From assembly GCF_000341395.1 (NCBI RefSeq), contig NC_020304.1, forward strand, positions 210,001 to 242,000: 32,000 bases of DNA, read 5' to 3'. The translations under genes were made by a program, and so were the position numbers. The stretch comes from Desulfocapsa sulfexigens DSM 10523 (GTDB lineage: Bacteria; Desulfobacterota; Desulfobulbia; Desulfobulbales; Desulfocapsaceae). The notes beneath the pieces are model-generated. The model was not told the origin of the DNA and searched no databases. It worked only from the letters and a program-made list of their open reading frames with translations. Numbering within the stretch: position 1 is the stretch's first letter; each line of letters begins with the position of its first letter. This document shows, one piece after another, positions 26,753 to 32,000 of this stretch.

Positions 26753-28060
26753 ATGAGTTTTAAACAGTTTCAGTTCATGGCACAGATCAACAGCAACATC
26801 AGCACCTGCGGCTATGAGCACCCGACCCCCATCCAGGAAAAAGCCATCCCTGAAGTGATGAGCGGGAAAGATATCCTGGGACTTGCCCAGACAGGAACGG
26901 GTAAAACCGCTGCCTTTGCTCTCCCCATTATCGAAAAATTAGCCGGGGGGCCACGGGGCAATGTCCGAGCGCTTATCATAGCACCAACCAGAGAACTCGC
27001 AGAACAGATTACCACAAGCTTTAAGGAACTTGCAGCAGACACCGGGCTACGAATCCTTGCTGTCTATGGCGGTGTGGGAAAAAAGCCTCAATTCGATGCA
27101 TTCAACCGCGGTGTTGAAATCCTCGTCGCCTGCCCTGGCCGTCTTCTTGACCATTTAAACAATCATGATCTCAAACTGACCAGTGTGGCAACACTCGTTC
27201 TCGATGAGGCAGACCAGATGTTCGACATGGGATTTTTTCCCGATATCCGTCGTATTCTCAAACACCTGCCGTCTAAGCGTCAAACCCTCCTCTTTTCTGC
27301 CACCATGCCGGCCGATATCCGTAAACTGGCAGATGAAACACTGACCAACCCGAAAGAGATACGGATCAAACTAGAGCAACCCCTTGACCTTATTACCCAG
27401 GCACTCTACCCGGTCTCAAAACGACAAAAATCCGATCTCCTCGTCCATATCCTTCAAAAGGACCCTGTGGAAGGATCGACTTTGATCTTCACCCGCACCA
27501 AATACGGCGCAAAAAATCTTGCTAAAAAGCTCGAAAAATCTGGATTCTCCACCTCTGCACTTCAGGGAAACATGTCACAAAACCAGCGAAACATGGCACT
27601 GGAAGGTTTTCGGGACGGGACATTCAAGATACTGGTGGCAACCGACATCGCTGCTCGTGGTATTGATGTGTCACGGGTAGCCCAGGTTGTCAACTTTGAT
27701 CTTCCCTCAACCGCCGAAGCCTACACCCATCGCATTGGACGGACAGGACGTGCCGAACGCAGTGGCCGTGCCATCAGTTTTATGTGCTACGATGACCAGG
27801 CAATGGTCAAAGCCATTGAAAAACTCCAGGGAAAGACCATCAAACGAATCGCTATTGACGGTTTTTATATGGAAGAGGCCAGTGAACAACAGGAACAGAA
27901 AGGAAACCAGGTTCCCCGTAAGCACAATCGCAGGCCAAAGAAACAGACAGGGCCGCGTCCTTCCGGCAACAGACAAAAGAAACCTGCCGCCAAGGCAAAA
28001 AAATCTACAGATCCAAAACGCGCCTCCAATATCTTTGGCCTCGGTCAAAAAGGGAAATAG
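26753..28060 (+). CDS. DEAD-box ATP-dependent RNA helicase (RhlE-like)
   Basis: AQTGTGKTAAF, PTREL, VLDEADQMFDMGF, LLFSATM, VATDIAARGIDV, HRIGRTGR and a basic C-terminal tail. ATG at 26753 with AAGGAG. Confidence 0.95.
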   Translation: MSFKQFQFMAQINSNISTCGYEHPTPIQEKAIPEVMSGKDILGLAQTGTGKTAAFALPIIEKLAGGPRGNVRALIIAPTRELAEQITTSFKELAADTGLRILAVYGGVGKKPQFDAFNRGVEILVACPGRLLDHLNNHDLKLTSVATLVLDEADQMFDMGFFPDIRRILKHLPSKRQTLLFSATMPADIRKLADETLTNPKEIRIKLEQPLDLITQALYPVSKRQKSDLLVHILQKDPVEGSTLIFTRTKYGAKNLAKKLEKSGFSTSALQGNMSQNQRNMALEGFRDGTFKILVATDIAARGIDVSRVAQVVNFDLPSTAEAYTHRIGRTGRAERSGRAISFMCYDDQAMVKAIEKLQGKTIKRIAIDGFYMEEASEQQEQKGNQVPRKHNRRPKKQTGPRPSGNRQKKPAAKAKKSTDPKRASNIFGLGQKGK

Positions 28061-28278
28061 CAGTAGAGGCAATCAGACCACTTCATATTGCTGACACCAC
28101 ATGATTGCAGCAAGGGATCCGTTGCTGCAATCACTTCCTCCTTTCCTCTGTTCCCCATCAAGGCACACTCTATCCTTGACAGGAAACAGGCTTTTCACAT
28201 ACCATTAAATAGAAAAAAGTATCTATTGCAAACAGGTTAAGGAGAATTTTCTTTTTCGATAGACCATAAGAGGAAAAC

Positions 28279-29232
28279 ATGCTTGAGACGCTGGACACTC
28301 CTGGATCCACCTTTCGCCCTTCGTACCGTCTGCGGCTGATATTTTCTCCGGTCCTTCGATCAGTGTCATTATGCATATTGTTATGGCTACCATTATGCTT
28401 TCCACTAACCGCTTCAAGTCAGGATCTTCAGGAAATCAAAAATTCAGGTGTTTTACGCCATCTGGGAATCCCCTATGCCAACTTTATAACCGGAAGTGGA
28501 GACGGCCTAAACATTGAACTGGTACAGGGATTCGCATCGTACATTGGGGTCAACTACCTGTTCATAGCAAGTGACTGGAACACTATCCTTGGCGATCTCA
28601 CCGGACGTCATGCCTCTCGCGATGAAAACGGTGCCAGATATCTCGAAAGCACCCCTGTGAAGGGTGATATCATTTCCACCGGGATGACAGTCCTCCCGTG
28701 GCGCCAGGCTGTTATCAATTTCTCAAACCCCACTTTTCCATCGGCCGTCTGGCTGCTAGCCCGCTCCGAATCCAACCTGCAGCCAATAAAACCGTCGGGC
28801 TCAATCGAAGCTGATATTGTTGCCGTCAAGAATTCCCTTGATGGCCACAGCGTGTTGGCCATGGAAAACACCTGCCTGGATCCCGCACTGTACAGGCTAT
28901 CGGAGACACGAGCCAATATCCGTCTGCCGAAAAAGAAAATCCGGCTCAATGAAATGGCACCGGCAATTTTAGCCCGTGAAGCGGAAGCCACCCTTCTGGA
29001 TGTTCCTGACGCTTTGATTGCCCTGGAAAAATGGCCGGGGCAGTTAAAAGTAATTGGACCCGTTTCCGCAAGGCAGGTGATGGGATCCGGTTTCAGAAAA
29101 GAGTCGCCAGAACTCCTTGAAGCGTTCAATATGTATCTAGAAAAGATCAAACGGGACGGCACCTATAACAGGATCGTGAAGAAATACTATCCCACGGTCT
29201 TCAGTTATTATTCAGACTTTTTCACAGAGTGA
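28279..29232 (+). CDS. Periplasmic family 3-like solute-binding protein
   Basis: Signal region, LQEIKNSGVLRHLGIPYANF, GDGLNIELVQGFASYIGV, and C-terminal ELLEAFNMYLEKIKRDGTYNRIVKKYYP. Confidence 0.8.
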   Translation: MLETLDTPGSTFRPSYRLRLIFSPVLRSVSLCILLWLPLCFPLTASSQDLQEIKNSGVLRHLGIPYANFITGSGDGLNIELVQGFASYIGVNYLFIASDWNTILGDLTGRHASRDENGARYLESTPVKGDIISTGMTVLPWRQAVINFSNPTFPSAVWLLARSESNLQPIKPSGSIEADIVAVKNSLDGHSVLAMENTCLDPALYRLSETRANIRLPKKKIRLNEMAPAILAREAEATLLDVPDALIALEKWPGQLKVIGPVSARQVMGSGFRKESPELLEAFNMYLEKIKRDGTYNRIVKKYYPTVFSYYSDFFTE

Positions 29233-29241
29233 TTCCAGCAG

Positions 29242-31101
29242 ATGATAAAGCGATTTCTTACATTTGCCGCAGCGCCCTTTTTAATAACCTACCTCCTCCT
29301 GCTGGTGGGATCCAGTTTTATGTCCCAGCAAAATCTGCGACAGGCCTCTGAAAGCAGCTTACGCTTTAACCTTGAAAAAAAAGCTGCCATACTCAGCTAC
29401 TTCCATTCGGAACGGGAAAACGACATCAACACTCTGGCCAGAGACCATAGCCTGGATAACTTTTTTTCCAACCGGGCCCTTGGCATGTCCATGGAATACG
29501 GCTTGCGTGCCAGTCTCATCTCAATGCGGGAAAGTTTCCAGAAAATAGTTCAAGAAAAGAAGCTCAACAATCTCCCCATTTACCTTCGTTTGCTGTTCAC
29601 GGAAAATCAGGGAAACAATCTGATTGATGTTGGATTATCAAGTGGCAAGAGCGTTCCCTGGTCGAATTCTGGTATACCCGAGACTGATCGAATTGCCTCC
29701 TTTGTCGTTATGAATGGAAAACGTATCCATGTAATCCTTACCCTCCCCTATTTTCACAAGGGCAAACGGATGGGAACAATCATCGCAGAGATCAACCGTG
29801 AGGAGGTTATTCAGTATCTGACCCATAGCCAGGAATCGGAAAACATCAAATACGCCACCATCATCGCTGACACCAAATACGTTATCAACAATGCCCCTTC
29901 CGGAAGTCCACAGCCAACTCCGCCCATTTCGGCCAATGCGACTTCACCTGTAATACAAATGCCCATAGGCGAGACTCCATTTATTTTGACGGCACAACAT
30001 GCTCACAGGGATGCACTCACTACCTTTCTTACATCACGCTGGTACCCTGTCTCTCTCATTCTTCTTACCCTTCTAGCGCTCTATTTCATAATGATTCGAA
30101 GTCAGGCGAAAGCCCACACCATGCTTTTACGCAGACAGGTTGAAGAGGCTGATCGTCAACATACCCTGATGCTTCAGAAAAATGCACTTCTTAAGCAGGA
30201 GGTGCAAAAACGACTGGACAGTGAAACACGTCTCCAGACTCTGGTAGAAACAATTCCTGATCTCGTCTGGCTGAAAAACCCTGAAGGAGTCTACCTTTCC
30301 TGTAACCCTAAATTCGAACGCCTATACGGCGCAACAGAAGAAGAAATTATCGGCAAGACAGATTACGATTTTGTCGAAAGGGAGCGGGCAGATTCATTAC
30401 GCATACTCGACCAGGAGGCTATGGATGCTGACGCCCCTCTTATCAACGAAGAGACGGTTACCTATGCTGACGATGGCCATGAAGAATCGGTGGAAATAAT
30501 ACGAACCCCTCTGCGTGACAGTGAAGGAACACTGGTGGGAGTTTTAGGGATAGCCAGAAACATCACAGCCCGAAAACAGGCTGAAGAAGAGGCCCGTTAT
30601 CTTTCTACCCATGATCCCCTGACCGGGCTTTTCAATCGCAGGATGCTGGAAAAGCGGGTAATTGAAGAAATTGACCGGGCAGAGCGTTACAACCATACTC
30701 TTTCAATCTTTATGGTGGATCTGGATCATTTCAAAACGGTCAACGACACCTATGGTCACCTGAGCGGAGATATTGTTCTCCGCCATCTGGCAAAAATTCT
30801 GGCAGTATCCATCCGCAAGACAGACTATGTCGCTCGATATGGTGGAGAAGAATTCATTGTCGTTCTCCCGGAGACACCTCTGACTGAAGCCCATGAACTG
30901 GCAGAAAGATTATGTAAAGAGATTAGAAGATACCCTATTCCACTGAAAGACGGACAGACAATCAAGGTAACGGCAAGCATAGGAGTGGCTTGTTTTCCAG
31001 AGCATCACAAATCCTGGGAAGGAATAATCGGGGCTGCAGATTCAGCGATGTATGCGGCCAAACAAGCTGGTCGAAATCAGGTGAAAATCGCAGCTCCCTG
31101 A
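29242..31101 (+). CDS. Membrane diguanylate cyclase: extracytoplasmic (Cache-like) domain, PAS, GGEEF
   Basis: Two TM segments flanking about 250 aa; PAS ETIPDLVWLKNPEGVYLSCNPKFERLYG; RYGGEEF with RKTD I-site. Confidence 0.93.
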   Translation: MIKRFLTFAAAPFLITYLLLLVGSSFMSQQNLRQASESSLRFNLEKKAAILSYFHSERENDINTLARDHSLDNFFSNRALGMSMEYGLRASLISMRESFQKIVQEKKLNNLPIYLRLLFTENQGNNLIDVGLSSGKSVPWSNSGIPETDRIASFVVMNGKRIHVILTLPYFHKGKRMGTIIAEINREEVIQYLTHSQESENIKYATIIADTKYVINNAPSGSPQPTPPISANATSPVIQMPIGETPFILTAQHAHRDALTTFLTSRWYPVSLILLTLLALYFIMIRSQAKAHTMLLRRQVEEADRQHTLMLQKNALLKQEVQKRLDSETRLQTLVETIPDLVWLKNPEGVYLSCNPKFERLYGATEEEIIGKTDYDFVERERADSLRILDQEAMDADAPLINEETVTYADDGHEESVEIIRTPLRDSEGTLVGVLGIARNITARKQAEEEARYLSTHDPLTGLFNRRMLEKRVIEEIDRAERYNHTLSIFMVDLDHFKTVNDTYGHLSGDIVLRHLAKILAVSIRKTDYVARYGGEEFIVVLPETPLTEAHELAERLCKEIRRYPIPLKDGQTIKVTASIGVACFPEHHKSWEGIIGAADSAMYAAKQAGRNQVKIAAP

Positions 31102-31279
31102 ACGCTACGCCGGATTCCTTGACAAGACACCTTATTTGCACATAGGATTAAAAGAGGGATTCTTATAAAAGTAATCTGCAGCTGCATTCGAGCTGTCTGG
31201 ATGTTTCCCCCCCGAGTCCCCCTGGCTTTTCTTGAAAAAGAGTCTTTTTAATATCAACAGGACCGCAGAGGAAGCCATT

Positions 31280-31633
31280 ATGCTGGAACAACGAAAATAT
31301 GAGCGTTTTACTATTGCCAGTGAGATTCGAGCTCTTGCTTGCGATAAAGTTGCCAGGGTAACAGACATCAGTAAAGGGGGCCTTGCCTTAGTATTTCTAG
31401 ACGAAGCGACAAGCAATTTAAGAGGCGAATTTTCCCTTGACCTCCTCTGTCAGGCGAAGAATCTCGACGCAAGACAAATACCTGGAAAGGTTGTCTGGAA
31501 CAGGGAATTCTCCTTCTCAAAAATCCCCGGAATGGTTTACAAAAAAGCAGGAGTACAATTTGGTAAACTCTCTGTCACCCAACAGAAACTGTTAAGGATG
31601 TTACTCTTTGCTGATAACAAATCGTCATTATAG
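31280..31633 (+). CDS. PilZ-domain protein
   Basis: RKYER (RxxxR) and DISKGG (D/NxSxxG), about 117 aa from the internal ATG at 31280. Confidence 0.85.
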   Translation: MLEQRKYERFTIASEIRALACDKVARVTDISKGGLALVFLDEATSNLRGEFSLDLLCQAKNLDARQIPGKVVWNREFSFSKIPGMVYKKAGVQFGKLSVTQQKLLRMLLFADNKSSL

Positions 31634-31651
31634 GAGAAATCATACTTTCTC

Positions 31652-32000
31652 ATGCAGCCATCCCATACCAGACTTTCTCTTAACAGCCTTGCCTGCTTTT
31701 TTCTGACCAGTTGTCTTTTTCTAACGCTCATACTGCCTGAACACAGTTTTTCAAAGCAGTTGAAAGTTGGTGTCTACAGTAACAAACCGCTTGTCTTTGA
31801 GGATGAACAGGGGAATTTCCAGGGCCTCACCATCGATGTTCTGCGCGCCATTGCAGCGGCAGAGGGATGGGAACTCGAATTCGTACCCGGCAGTTGGACT
31901 GAATGCCTGCAAAGACTCGAACGTGGAGAGATCGATCTCCAGGTTTCCATCGCCTATTCCTCTGTCCGCTCACAACTTTTCAGCTTCCCGGACGAAACCC
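31652..32000 (+). CDS. Family 3-like solute-binding domain protein, 3' truncated by window (missing from the ORF track)
   Basis: Manual translation gives MQPSHTRLSLNSLACFFLTSCLFLTLILPEHSFSKQLKVGVYSNKPLVFEDEQGNFQGLTIDVLRAIAAAEGWELEFVPGSWTECLQRLERGEIDLQVSIAYSSVRSQLFSFPDET..., open to the window end. Confidence 0.85.
   Translation, partial: MQPSHTRLSLNSLACFFLTSCLFLTLILPEHSFSKQLKVGVYSNKPLVFEDEQGNFQGLTIDVLRAIAAAEGWELEFVPGSWTECLQRLERGEIDLQVSIAYSSVRSQLFSFPDET

Overview
The window (a bacterial chromosome segment, possibly Desulfobulbales/Desulfobacterota-like by inference) is mostly ordinary housekeeping and signalling DNA. I saw no CRISPR array, transposase, phage genes or recognisable defence locus. 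Left to right it holds: a partial HAMP-GAF-GGEEF diguanylate cyclase; a minus-strand operon of two paralogous monoheme c-type cytochromes and a porin-like outer-membrane protein; a CHAD-domain protein; a secreted Cys-repeat/CARDB-like protein; tRNA-Phe(GAA) with a terminator; an acidic zinc-ribbon protein; nadC-valS; a dGTPase-like HD protein; an outer-membrane protein; the operon corC-lnt-prfB-Fe-S oxidoreductase (prfB with the programmed +1 frameshift); a divergent biotin carboxylase next to a fused AccA-AccD carboxyltransferase; a PilZ protein; a structured convergent intergenic region; an XRE/TM/EF-hand protein with a small secreted partner; a small periplasmic protein; a DEAD-box helicase; and a run of family 3 solute-binding, PAS-GGEEF and PilZ genes that continues past the window end. 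The items most worth a second look are (1) the nested inverted-repeat element at about 24541-24693, (2) the membrane-anchored XRE protein with a canonical EF-hand loop and its secreted partner, and (3) the AccA-AccD fusion paired with a motif-divergent biotin carboxylase. None of these is claimed as proven novel.
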